A stretch of 63,554 nucleotides of DNA, filler included, from Globobulimina sp. (Eukaryota): the NCBI GenBank assembly GCA_003354225.1. It is 31 parts of 31 records of this genome, joined end to end, with 100 filler letters (N's around TTAATTAATTAA, not from the genome) between each part and the next. Parts side by side here need not be neighbours in the genome. Positions count along the whole stretch, not along the records: positions 24,655 to 26,607 come from PIVH01010245.1; positions 26,708 to 28,660 come from PIVH01010246.1; positions 28,761 to 30,713 come from PIVH01010247.1; positions 30,814 to 32,766 come from PIVH01010248.1; positions 32,867 to 34,819 come from PIVH01010249.1; positions 34,920 to 36,872 come from PIVH01010250.1; positions 36,973 to 38,925 come from PIVH01010251.1; 24 more parts are not named here. One strand, given 5' to 3'. Positions within the stretch are counted from its first letter, which is position 1. Each line of letters begins with the position of its first letter. Position numbers and translations under genes: made by a program. The notes under the pieces were generated by a model. It was not told where the DNA came from, did not search any database, and saw only the letters and a list, made by a program, of their open reading frames with translations. Shown one piece after another: positions 24,656 through 37,369 of the stretch.

Positions 24656-25780
24656 GAACGTAATGAGGATCGCTGTGTCAAAAAAATACTATTATTTGGA
24701 CTATCTAATTGTGGCAAATCAACCATCATGAAACAATTAAGAATAATACATGGCGATAGCTATTCATACAGAGATAGACTGATATTTATTGATATAATCC
24801 ATAAACAATGTTTATCGCAAATGAACATAATGATACAATACTTATTAAATCACAATGACAATCCATATAATAAAATGTCCAAACAATTACTGGATGCAAT
24901 ACAAAATATAAACGATATCAAAACAGAAAATATAAAATTAAATAATTCAATCGTTTCCTCTATAAAATATTTGTGGAACACTCCAGCAATACAAAGAATA
25001 TTTGAAATGAGAAACGAATCACCAAATTTAAATTTATTTGAATGTACAGAATATTTTTTAAATGATATTGATAGAATCAATGAAAACCAATACATTCCAA
25101 CTGATAAAGATATTGTTTTTGTCAATCAGAGACATACAAAAAGTGAAAGCATTCAGGAACTTCGATTTCGAATACATTCTCATAACTTTTTGATGATTAA
25201 TATTGATCAAAACGTAGAGAGTCTTAATAAATGGTTTCATTGCTTTGATATGATAGCTTCTCTCATATTTGTTGCATCATTACCTTGCTATGATTCTGCT
25301 TGTTTTTACAGTTTACATTTATTAGTATTTGGATATATAAATAATATGCCATTTGATATGGATATCCCATATGATTTAATTGAACTAATTTCAAATTTTT
25401 GTCCTTCCGAATTAATATCAAATACAATGAGTGATCAGTTGGAATTATTTGACAATGTATTAAATGATATATTTTTAAGGCGCACCTCAATGGTATTATT
25501 TTTAAATAAAAAAGACGAATTTCATCGTAAAATACAGTCGATTCCAATTACAGTATGTTCATCGCTTAAAGAGTATGATGGTGATACTCAATCATACGCG
25601 GACAGTTTGGATTTTATTCGATATACTTTTGAAAGCTTGAACAGGAATCCAAGAGAAAGACAAATATATACACATACGACATGTGGTACAGATAGAGATA
25701 ACTTAGAAAAGACATTCAATGATGTACGTATGATCTGGGTATCACAGTCTCTGTGTGCTGGTTTTCCCAATTTATTGTAA
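24656..25780 (+). CDS. Divergent heterotrimeric G-protein alpha subunit, 5'-truncated, with internal insertion
   Basis: KILLFGLSNCGKSTIMKQLRIIHG, YIPTDKDI, KWFHCFD, LFLNKKD and HTTCGTD are present. DVGGQ is replaced by NIDQN. Confidence 0.9.
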   Translation, partial: ERNEDRCVKKILLFGLSNCGKSTIMKQLRIIHGDSYSYRDRLIFIDIIHKQCLSQMNIMIQYLLNHNDNPYNKMSKQLLDAIQNINDIKTENIKLNNSIVSSIKYLWNTPAIQRIFEMRNESPNLNLFECTEYFLNDIDRINENQYIPTDKDIVFVNQRHTKSESIQELRFRIHSHNFLMINIDQNVESLNKWFHCFDMIASLIFVASLPCYDSACFYSLHLLVFGYINNMPFDMDIPYDLIELISNFCPSELISNTMSDQLELFDNVLNDIFLRRTSMVLFLNKKDEFHRKIQSIPITVCSSLKEYDGDTQSYADSLDFIRYTFESLNRNPRERQIYTHTTCGTDRDNLEKTFNDVRMIWVSQSLCAGFPNLL

Positions 25781-25934
25781 CGCAACTTTGGACATCGCGG
25801 AAAAGTGAACGTTCACTAGTTTTGCATGAATTATTTCTGTCGACTATGATTTCGTTTGTGTTGACTCTGTTTCTTTTGTGAACAGTGACTGAGACCGTGA
25901 CTGCACAAAAAACTATGCAAATATTCATTTGTAA

Positions 25935-26607
25935 TTATTCCTGGTTTTGTTGATAAATATTGCATAAATTATTATACATTGTAGCATGCTCAGTATACTG
26001 TAAGCTATCAACCGATCCGTTACCTTCTCCATTTATGCCATCAGCACATCCAACTTCACTTGTTTTTAAATATATTTTTTTATGCAATTCAGCATCACAA
26101 AAATAACCCAATGCAGCTGCAATAGCCTCTGTTCCCCAATTACTTACTCCCGCTGTAATTAGAAAATCACAACCAATCACACATCCAATTTTATCTCCAT
26201 GTTTAATATTTCTCCTTATATTTTCAATAACATTCCCCATTCCACACTCATTGCCACCATCACCAATACCAACGGTTCGAATTCGTTTTATATTTTTATT
26301 CACATAGTCAAATAACGCCGCACTTTGCCCACATTTCTCACTGACATCTCTCGCTGACATTGTCCTAAATTTTCCATCAGCTCCAAATCCTGCTAACTCC
26401 GATGCTATCAATATATCCACATCTGAAAATTGTTTATTTTCTACAAAATCGTTCTTAAAATCCATGTTATCGCTACATACGTATAGCTCCAACTTATTTT
26501 CTAATGTTGATATTTGATTGAAATAAGTGACCAATGGCTGAATTGCTGCATTATTTATGGGATCTATCATCATTGTTACTTTTTTATTTTGTTTTAACAA
26601 TGAATAG
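25935..26607 (-). CDS. DGLUCY: D-glutamate cyclase-like (DUF4392) C-terminal part
   Basis: TVGIGDGGNECGMG and LITAGVSNWG signatures. Confidence 0.8.
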
Positions 26608-26830
26608 NNNNNNNNNNNNNNNNNNNNNNNNNNNNNNNNNNNNNNNNNNNNTTAATTAATTAANNNNNNNNNNNNNNNNNNNNNNNNNNNNNNNNNNNNN
26701 NNNNNNNAGTTTTATGCGTTTTTGGAAAATTTATCAATTTCGATCATTTTACTTGGGAACTGATTTTCGGTCAATTTTCGTTTACAATTTTTCAGAAGGA
26801 AATGTAGATAAAAGTGGATTTTTGGCAACA

Positions 26831-28660
26831 ATGACCATAGTAACAATGGAGGATAAAGAAGAATACAATGTCAATAAAATTGTCGCTAACAAACAGGGTT
26901 ATCCTTGTAGTGATCAAATTGAAGCTATTGTTATTCCTCGTCTTTCTGTTATAATGGATTTAGATGATGACATGTTGGCAAAAATATTTACTTATATCAG
27001 CCATATTTCAAAAAGAATGGAAATAGAAGAAATTTGTAAAAGATTCAAGCATATATCATCGACTAATACTAATAGTTGGAAAGGAATAAATAGTCTTGAT
27101 TTGGGTAAGTGTTAGTGTTGGAATTTGCATATAGGTGTGTTTATTTTTGTTTGTGTATAAAAGATTTGCTAATTATAACTGGCATATTGGTCTGCATTTG
27201 AGAGGTGACGAGTGTTGTGTAGAATAGATAATATACAATAGTGTACATACTGTACATGTTAGTTAATGTGCAGTAGTGTTTTTGGATTGAGATTTATATC
27301 AAAGTGTTTATTGTATTCGTTTTTACAGATTACCGTTGCTCCAAAGACTATCGTGATGAACATATGGTTATTTCTGGTTTATTGAATAGAAAATATTTCA
27401 TTCGATATGAAAAATGGCCTGCTTGTGTTCAATTATTAGTCGATCGAACAATTATCAGACGACTTACTGTACGTTACGGAATCGACGAGGAAGATCCGAA
27501 TTATGTTGTATGTAGTGAAATCAATGAAATACTATTTTCGAACAATATTGTCAACCAAATGCAACTTAACTATCTGAAATGGCATTGTCGCGAAGGCGAT
27601 TGTTATATGTATGGTTATTATGATAGGGATATGGGCGATCATTCTCGCGATTTACCAAATTTATTCAAAAGGCTCTTTATTCATTGTTTAACGATTTGTC
27701 AACCTTATTTGAAAGACTTGGTTATCGTATCACCGCCTAGTGAATTTTGGGGTAGTACGGAATGTGTTGATGGCAAAGAAGAACTTTCTGCTTTGCAAAT
27801 GGTCGAATATTGTAATAAATTAGAAACCTTTGGTATTCAATACGATGACCGTTGGTTTCATAATGATTTTGACTTGGCAAAATTTCTTATTGGAAAGCGT
27901 TTGAACAAATTGGTTTTTGCCCGAATACATAAATTAAGACAATTGGATGATATTGCTAATGTTATTAGTAATGCAAATCTAGATGGAGTGAAAAATCTCT
28001 CATTGACAAGTAAAGAAAATATTATAGGGATTGAAATCGATTTTGTTGACTTTTTACCTGAAGAATATGGAAAAAAAATCCAATGTATAACGCTAAATGG
28101 AGTATTTGAAGACATCTTGACGCGCTGTCGTGATATCCCTTCCAAGTTTCCAGAATTGCGAAAATTGAAAGTATCTCGTGTTACCTTATATCGTCGTATA
28201 AGAGGACAGGAAGAACTTGATGAAAACGTTGAAGATACGAAGGTATATTATTATTATTTTTATTTATAAATAGGAGTTTTGTTTTGTTGTCCGGATCCTT
28301 TGTAGAAAAAACGGTTCCACTTTGGACGTACAGTATGTACAATATACTTTAGTTTAATGGTAAAAGGACATTGGTTTATTTTTAGTTATTTCGCGACATG
28401 ATCCATTTTTTCGATGAATTTGTTGATTCACGTCTTGGTCTTGAAATAATAATAGACACCCTATACATGCCAGGTCCATTTTCTCGCTTTGATGGATTCA
28501 CTCATCGTCTTGATAATGCCATTGTTCAACATAACTATGGAAAAGATGAGGGTCAGCAAATTGTTATTCAGTTCAGTGATGAATTGGCAGAACCTGAGGT
28601 GGAAATTGAAAAAGGCGGTAGGAAGATAGAAATCAAATCGATTGTTGATGATTATTATCG
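26831..28660 (+). CDS. F-box/LRR-like protein, introns 27105-27328 and 28243-28385, 3'-truncated
   Basis: IMDLDDDMLAKIFTYI..IEEICKRF is F-box-like. Both introns join the three ORFs in frame. Confidence 0.65.
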
Positions 28661-28802
28661 NNNNNNNNNNNNNNNNNNNNNNNNNNNNNNNNNNNNNNNN
28701 NNNNTTAATTAATTAANNNNNNNNNNNNNNNNNNNNNNNNNNNNNNNNNNNNNNNNNNNNTATTTTGATGACGATTTTTTTAACTTACAATTTTGGTCCA
28801 CA

Positions 28803-30026
28803 ATGGCAATGAAGTTCATTCCAAAAGGACTTGAGTTAATTAAACAAGCAAAAGGATTTGAAGAAACCCATGATTACCAACAAGCATTAAAATGTTATTC
28901 AATGGGAATTCAATATCTAAAAACAGCCCTAAAATATGAAAAAAATGACAAAGTAAAGAAAGCTATAAAATCAAAAATAGAGAAGTTTGTAAGGAGAGCA
29001 GAACAAATCAAAAATAATCATATTAAACATAAACGTGCTGAAAATGGTGCAATTAGTGGTAACATTGAAAAAATAATTTTTGGATTTTGTCATAAAAGTG
29101 AACAATTATTACATATAAATATACCAAAAGATATTATGCGTGAAATTATTTTATTTTATCATCTTCATTCAATACAACATTTCATTGAAACACCAAAAGT
29201 AAAATGGGATCATATTGGAGGATCACAAAATATTAAATTGCATCTAAAGGAATATTTGATTTTACCCCTTAAATTTCCTCAATTATTCGCTGGGAAAAGA
29301 AGGCCAAATTATGGCTTATTGTTATATGGACCGTCCGGTGTCGATAAAACACATTTAATCCGAGCAGCTGTTACAGAATCAATTGCAATCAATAATGATG
29401 AATCTGACACTGTATTTTTTAATATTTCATTGAAAGAGTTACTTCAAAATGCTCCAACATACGGTGCAGAAACAGAGAAATTGATTCGAAGCATATACGA
29501 ACATGCGAGAAGTAAGAAAAATGCAGTAATTTTATTGAATGATATCGAATGTCTAACCGTAGGACGTTCATATAACAAAAAGGATGACTTTATTAGACGG
29601 TGTAAAGTGGAATTCTTAGTGCAAATGTCATGTGATGGCAACAGGAATTGTCATATTTTTACAATTGCAGTGACCCCAAAACCATGGGATTTAGACCTTG
29701 CATTAAGGCGCAAATTCTGTAAGAGATTATATGTTCGAATGCCAGATCAAGATGAAAGAAGTGAAATATTTAAAATTCAGATTCGTTTGATATTTGGAGA
29801 CAATTCACCGAATTTGAATGACAAAGATTATAATATAATGGCACAAAAAACAGATGGTTTTAGTTGTGGTGATATTCGGAGTGTACTGCAAAATTGTTTG
29901 GCGTCAAAATCGAAACAATTGGAATTGAGATATTTGTTGGAAATTATACAAAATATAAAACCATCTGTTGATGCAACAGAAGTCAAAAGATATGTTGATT
30001 GGACAAAAGAATTTGGGATGGAGTAG
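28803..30026 (+). CDS. VPS4: Divergent Vps4-like MIT+AAA protein, intronless, degenerate Walker motifs
   Basis: N-terminal MIT domain, ILPLKFPQLFAGKRRP, RRCKVEFLVQM and C-terminal WTKEFG. Walker A reads GPSGVDKT and Walker B reads LLNDIE. Confidence 0.85.
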   Translation: MAMKFIPKGLELIKQAKGFEETHDYQQALKCYSMGIQYLKTALKYEKNDKVKKAIKSKIEKFVRRAEQIKNNHIKHKRAENGAISGNIEKIIFGFCHKSEQLLHINIPKDIMREIILFYHLHSIQHFIETPKVKWDHIGGSQNIKLHLKEYLILPLKFPQLFAGKRRPNYGLLLYGPSGVDKTHLIRAAVTESIAINNDESDTVFFNISLKELLQNAPTYGAETEKLIRSIYEHARSKKNAVILLNDIECLTVGRSYNKKDDFIRRCKVEFLVQMSCDGNRNCHIFTIAVTPKPWDLDLALRRKFCKRLYVRMPDQDERSEIFKIQIRLIFGDNSPNLNDKDYNIMAQKTDGFSCGDIRSVLQNCLASKSKQLELRYLLEIIQNIKPSVDATEVKRYVDWTKEFGME

Positions 30027-30813
30027 ATCGAATAATTATTACTGTTTTGTTTAGTGATATCGATCGGATTTGGTGTTATAAAAATCATGATTGCAATCTA
30101 AAAATTACACGACGTAACTTTGCCATTCAAATTGATATACATTAAGCTATAAAATATTTTTTCGGTAAAGCCTATAAAATAATAATATAAACAAACAAAC
30201 CAAACATAAACCAACCAAAAATAAAAAAGTCAACGATTTTGAAAATAAAATTAATGAAACTCAACATTCGTTTACCATCCATGTATACATGGTTCAATGT
30301 GGATTGCTTAATTAAGTGGTTGGCAATGCTTTGAACTACGATATTTTCACTGAACCTGAAAAGAATCATATTTATTATCAATCAACAAAAACAAAAACAA
30401 GAACACAATACTCGTATTTTGCTACGTTATGAACAGAAATATAATATTTAAAACAAAAAATGATATCATATGATCTTCCTTAAATTCAGAGAGCGTAGAA
30501 GCACAACGCATAATTTCTATTATTAGCGGAGGAGGCATTGTTGACATTAATTCACCACATTTTAACGAATCTTGTTTGTTTATAGACAGTTTCCATTCTG
30601 ATTCTTTTAGATGTTGTAAGCATGGAAAGCGTTTCTGTATTCGATGTAATATTGATTATAAATTCAATGCCAAATTAGTTTGAGATGTTTGGTGCTGATG
30701 GTTCAATTAAATANNNNNNNNNNNNNNNNNNNNNNNNNNNNNNNNNNNNNNNNNNNNTTAATTAATTAANNNNNNNNNNNNNNNNNNNNNNNNNNNNNNN
30801 NNNNNNNNNNNNN

Positions 30814-32766
30814 TGATAATCCAACAGAAATTATTAAACGCTTCGTGGATACATCAAATGAACAGCAGTTAACAAAAATTTATGATATTTTAAAAAGCGC
30901 CAAATTAGAATCAGAAGCAAATGTGGACTTAAATGATAATAACACAGCAGCGCGTTTTAATATACTTTCAACCACATCAATATCCCATATTTGTTCCTAT
31001 TTAACTCGATATGATATCCAATGTTTGAAAGTAACCTGTTCGCTCTTAGGGATTATATGTATCAATGAAATGAGAAAAATCAAAATTGGTACCATCAATT
31101 TTAATGAAATATCAATGCACAAAAATTATAAATATTTAACAAAATTAAGTGAATTTTCGACGCATCAGTTAATAAAATACAATTCCTATAACCCGTCAAT
31201 GAAATGTTCCACGTTGTTGCAGCTCTGGCAAAGCCAATACAACATACAAGTGACTGATATGATATTATTCAAAATCTTTGATGACAGATTATTGCCCACA
31301 TTATCCACTATAGCACATTTTCCATTTTCTGCAGATCGCGATAATTATAACAATGGTATAAAGTTTCTATGCTCGCTGACATCGCATGTCGGCATTATTG
31401 AATATATGAATGAATTGCAGCATGAATATAAAATCCAAGACATTAAAGGTGGGATGAAATCAGTTATCATTTTCGATAAACATAAAATACGTTTATTAAA
31501 TAATCAGATTCCAGCGCAAATTACGCAAAACGATTATATTGTCATACTCAATTATTTTGATATTGCAACACAAACAGTTGAATTTCTACAATTGCTTTGC
31601 ATTCAGAAACAGGCGGATGACGCTGGGGAAACACATAGGTCTCTGACTGTCAGAGCTTTCAGTAATTATATACAAAATAATTTTGATAAATTGCTCTCGC
31701 GATTTGAAATAGATGAAACAATAAAAAATATTCTAAGTAGTATCGATATTGAGGCGCAAAGAATTATTTTGTGTGCTGATAATATCGAATTGTTCAAATT
31801 CTATGAATGGAATGAAACCGATAAAAGTAAGTTGAGTCGACGCGAATTATCACATGATTTAATACCAAATACTTTTATATCAAACATTAAAATATTCGTA
31901 TTTCAAATAAATGATAATTTTATTCAATTTAATGAATATCTGAACCAAACCAAACAAAAATACCAACATAAATGTTTAAAACCGTTTTATTTCAATGCTC
32001 AAGATTTTATGTCCGATTATAATTTGATTGAGAAAACATTTAAATTGAGTTATTGCAGCAATATAACGACATTAACATCCAAATTAAAATATTTTTACTC
32101 AAACTCCAATGAAGAGAACAAAATTAATTCTAGCATTTTGGATAAAATCATTGATAAAACTCGTAACAAATTCAATATTGAACTTGAAGTGACACCGTTT
32201 ACTTCATTCGGTTTAATTCGAAGAATAATATCGTCAAAATTAGATGATATAGTCCCACCAAATAATATTGAGATTTACACAAAAAAAGAAGGTTCAGGGT
32301 TTGCTTATGGTGGATATATTTATGCAAGAAAGTCATGGAAATCCGTAATAGATAATATATCAAAGTATAAACCAAAAACTGCATATCATACATATAATAC
32401 ATCGAGCTTTTTTTTACGGTTATCATTTGGTATCACGTTGTATGACACAAAACGCATTGAACCGAATTGTACGTTATACAGAGTTCGCATATTTTTGCCA
32501 TGCTTTGCCAATGAAGTAATTTTGCCCAAAACGCCATACATTTTAAATATTAAATATTTTAAATGTTTTTTAGTGAAAGATTTTGTCAAAGAAATTGTAA
32601 ACAAGGCAGCTCATCCACTGTTTTCAAAGAAGTTTTCAAAGATTTTATCGTATTTTGAAGACATTGGAAATAATGAAAACAGCAAAAACTGTCCAATTAT
32701 GATCAGTAGTTATTGTGGTTATAATTCGTGCTATAATTGTTTAGATAGAAACGATGAATTCAGCAT
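30814..32766 (+). CDS. Large hypothetical protein with N-terminal F-box-like motif, partial at both ends
   Basis: Open across the whole contig. FNILSTTSISHICSYLTRYDIQCLKVTC is F-box-like. Confidence 0.55.
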
Positions 32767-32866
32767 NNNNNNNNNNNNNNNNNNNNNNNNNNNNNNNNNN
32801 NNNNNNNNNNTTAATTAATTAANNNNNNNNNNNNNNNNNNNNNNNNNNNNNNNNNNNNNNNNNNNN

Positions 32867-34464
32867 TATCAATTGGAATCTATGAAGAAATTCATTCAAG
32901 CAACGCCTGGCACGAAAGAGATCCGCGGCCAATGGGCTGCCAATTTAGCCAATGATTCTATGATGGTCTCGTTTGGCAATAATAACGAAGTCATTTTATT
33001 ATTAAAAATTGGTTGTTTTATTGACAAATTGCATATAATGTATGAGGAGAATGGTGTATTGCGTAAAAACAGTAAAATACGCAAACAAACACTAAAAACC
33101 TCCTGTTGGGGATTGGAGAAAACACAAAAATCATTAAAATTTGATAATAGTGTTATTATTCAAGAGAATTATGGTATTGACTTATTTGCAGATTCAATAT
33201 TAAATATATCGCCAATTATTGTATATGTTTGCAAGAAAAGAATAAATCGATTGTATGTTAATAAATTGCGTATAAATAATTCAATAATAAATTTAAATAA
33301 GCGACCATTTCACATTCGAAAAATATTAATACCATCATTAACAAACAAGGAACAGCAATTACTACGATTAAAATATGGAAATACATTATTAAATAAAGGC
33401 TGTACCAAAGCAGGAATCAAGAAATCAATCAAAAAAAATAAATCAATAATTATAAAAAAAGAAAATAAACATAAATATAACACAAACAACACAAAGAACG
33501 AAAATAGCACAGATGAGTCGACTGAATGTGACCAAGATAGTGATTTTAATCCAGTCAAACCAAAAAAAATGGACACAGACGATGATGAAAATGATAATGA
33601 TGATAATGATGATAATGGTTTTTATCCAATAAAAAAACATCATAAAAAATATCTAAATGATTCAACTTCACTTATTTCCATGGACCCAATTAAAGTTTGG
33701 TTTTATCCTTGCACTCAATTGCTAGCATTTATAGTTTACTTTATACCCTTTGTTATTACATACATAATACATAGGAACCAAAGACAATGGGTAAAGATTT
33801 ACAATCATTTACAACAAATTCATATCAGTTTACACCACAAGAACCAATTGCAATGTATGATGCAAATATGGATTTTAATACAAATACATTTGATTCCCAA
33901 TCGCAATCACATCCACATCCCAATATCAACATGCCTCCAATCACAAATTTCAATGATGATCCATTAAATTGGGATATTGATCAGTTTGCTACGCCAATTA
34001 CTCGTTTTCCATCCATCAGTTCAATCAATTCAATAAATAATGACTTTCCAAACCATTTTGAATTTAATGACCCAAACTATCCATTAAATGATATGGATTT
34101 GGATCTACATCACAATTACAACAATAACCATAATCATAATCATAATCACAACCTTTTCCCACTCCCACTCCCACAAACACCATATATTGATCATAGCCAT
34201 ATTGGTGTACCATTTGTGAACCATAATAATAATCCTCATAATTATGCTAATAATAATAATATGAATGAAATGCAGCAATTAAGGCAACAAAATGAGTTAT
34301 TATTACGTCGCGTAGCTGATCAACAACGACAAATTGAATTTTTAGCAACACAAATTGGTACAGTACGTTCTGAGCATTATGCATATTATCCGGGGCCATA
34401 CAGACGAAATCCCTTAAAAAGAAGAAGAATCAGTTCTGATGCGTTATTGCCACCGGCTGCATAA
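32867..34464 (+). CDS. Hypothetical regulator-like protein with acidic, Asn/His-rich and coiled-coil C-terminus, intron 33695-33774, 5'-truncated
   Basis: The intron joins DPIK|EPKTMGK in frame. Coiled coil LRQQNELLLRRVADQQRQI and NLS-like KRRR. Confidence 0.55.
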
Positions 34465-34919
34465 AGTAGTTTTTGCAGAATAAATAAATTTTTGTATCTC
34501 GTAATCGATCTCGTTTGCAGGCGGTAGAAATTCCTTAAAGATACTTTTTATTTTTTGTTTTTCTGTTTAAATCTGTATTTATTTTTCTTTCATCTTCTTT
34601 TCACTCATTTTAATTTATTTAAAATCCGTTTGTGATTGTTGTGTGTGCACATATTTGAATTTATGGATTGAATACAATTTCTGTGATTTTGTATCCTTTG
34701 TAATGTATTTATATCCATCATTTTCAAAATCTTTTTATATTTAATCACAAAAAACAACTGTGGATGTCTGAGAAATAACATATTTATTTTTTTTTGTATT
34801 TGCAATGAAAAATGTCAGANNNNNNNNNNNNNNNNNNNNNNNNNNNNNNNNNNNNNNNNNNNNTTAATTAATTAANNNNNNNNNNNNNNNNNNNNNNNNN
34901 NNNNNNNNNNNNNNNNNNN

Positions 34920-35617
34920 AAAACTTGAAAGCGCGGTACATGTCTTGCAAAATAAGAAGCAAATATGCAGTCTTTGGATATATTAGAAAAACCGAGAATG
35001 AATTGACATTAACCAATGTTCCATTGTTAATTATGCATTTGTGCATGATATATTATCATATTCCCGAATATTTTAGCAAATGCTGTGATGGTATTACCTT
35101 GTCATCAGACCAGAAAACAATAACCAAAACAAGCAGTTGTGGTTTCAGCGACTGTTGGCAAAATACAACGTATGGATATGATTGGATTGAATCGGTGTCC
35201 AATGTTGTGGCAACGTGGAAAATGAAAATTAATCGTACGGGTTGTTCTATTTCTATTGTTGCTGACGAACATGCTACGAATGAAGGCATTGATATGAAGG
35301 GAATATTGGGATTTGGCATGGATTCAAATGATCAGATATTTTATTCAGTTTATCAAAGTGGAACCATCCAATCCCATGCAATCATTAATGGCCAAAGTGA
35401 TATTATATTGGATAAAGGAGATATCATTTCATTCATTTTAGATTTATATGAATCAAAGATAAAAATTAGGAAAGATGATGAAACTTACACTTTATTTTCA
35501 AATATTGAAAAAAGGAATGATGTGAAATATAAACTGGCTGTTTCATTGCGTGACTATGTCGGCGATCAAAGTTCAATCACTTTACTAAGTTATTCCAATC
35601 AATTTACACATAACTGA
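34920..35617 (+). CDS. SPRY/B30.2-like protein with N-terminal FGYI..VP motif
   Basis: ITLSSDQKTI, WKMKI, KGDIISFILDL and YKLAVSL fit a SPRY-like beta-sandwich. Confidence 0.6.
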
Positions 35618-35836
35618 CGCTCACGATTTTTTTAAACAACAATTTATGTCCTTTCGTCTTAACTGTTCTATTTTTATATCCTTGCACTCAGTGAACAATT
35701 TGTCCTTTAAAAGCATATCCCTTACTGAATTTACTTGGATTATTTGGGAATGAAGTGGTTGATATTGTTGATGTCCCGAAAAAAATCATCTGCTGCACAA
35801 TTTAACTAAATCACTCGAGTGTTTTTTGCGTCAGGA

Positions 35837-36872
35837 ATGGCAGCGATTAAACGAACAAAAACACAGATTTATGAAGGCATTTTATACAAACAAGGTCGTA
35901 GGAACAAAGCATGGAAAGAGAGGTTCTTTGTGTTATACAGCGACCGTACTATGGCATATTTTACCTCAGAATCAGATTGGGACAAAGGGAAACCAATGGT
36001 ATCACAGATCAACTTGTCATTGACACGAAGCATAGCGCCATCCACTAAGAAAATGGACCTCAACGCAAACTCAGTTGAAAAGCAAATGAAAAAAGTCAAA
36101 AGTAGACGTGGTAGTTTATCGCGTAAATGGAGTATAGATTTTGGCGCCATATTCAGCAATAAAAAGGGCGCCGGCGATGATGAGCAGGAATCAGACGAAG
36201 AGAATGATGGTGAAATCGCCTTTATCGAATTGGTTTTAAATCAACAATTTACGTTCGAAATAGTTCAAGCAAAGCGAACGTACAGTTTATGCACTGACAA
36301 TCCGACCAAATTCAATAAGTGGCTGAACAAATTAGAAACGACTACGTTTGGCAGGAAAGTGTACAAAGGCTGGTTATTGAAACAATCAGAAAGGAACAAG
36401 AAATGGGATAAGCGATGGTTTATCATCTATGATACCAAAGAGATGCGGTACTATGACGATGCAACGCGTGCTGTGTCGCGAGGATTGGCCATATTGACGC
36501 AGTTGAAGAAGATTACGAAAATGGATGATGAGAAAACGAAAAAGAAATATAAACAAACTAATGTGCTCAAATTGGAATTTAAGCAAAGAACTATGTTGTT
36601 ATCGTGTACTCCATCCGATGATAGGGTATGTTTTTATAATTATTTTATCCTCGCACTCTCGTCTCGATCTCTTATGTGTTGTAATTGTGATATTGTGCAA
36701 AGTGTGAAAAATGTTTCCAGTGTGTGATGTGAGCATTGATTTAAAGATTTTCTTGAAGTGAAGTGAAGTAAATGCTTGAGTTTTCCATCATGGCGTCCCC
36801 TTTTAATGCAGTGAGTATTGCATATGTGTGCTTGTTGTGTGTGTGTAGCGAATATGGTTCGATAAGATGTGT
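35837..36872 (+). CDS. Tandem PH domain protein, intron 36626-36848, 3'-truncated
   Basis: YEGILYKQG..WKERFFVL and YKGWLLKQ..WDKRWFII. Splicing supplies the terminal Trp (DDR|RIWFDKM). Confidence 0.85.
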
Positions 36873-37369
36873 NNNNNNNNNNNNNNNNNNNNNNNNNNNN
36901 NNNNNNNNNNNNNNNNTTAATTAATTAANNNNNNNNNNNNNNNNNNNNNNNNNNNNNNNNNNNNNNNNNNNNTCCCCCCTCCCCTGCTCGATAAGTTGTA
37001 TACATTTTATTCAATTAGCGTAGAAACGCTTTTCAGATCCAGAAACTGTTTGCTATAGGTTTGTCTTTGGTTTGTTCTGTGTTTGTCTGCAAATCAACAA
37101 ATTTATAATTTAATTTTCGGTATACAAAAGGTGGGTTATCCAAACAGTTATTAAGGTGGGTTATCTTTTGGAATATCGTTCATTTGTTTAGCTAAACACC
37201 TTAAGAGCCCGGTAATACAAATAGAATATTATACAAAAACAAAAACAGAAAAATGATTTAGAAAATAGAAACCGACCAAAACATGCAGAACGAAAACAAA
37301 AACGTTGTGTTTTTATTCAATGTTCTTGTTCTGATCAAAAAAAAAAGCATATACTAAGTATTAAGAGAA

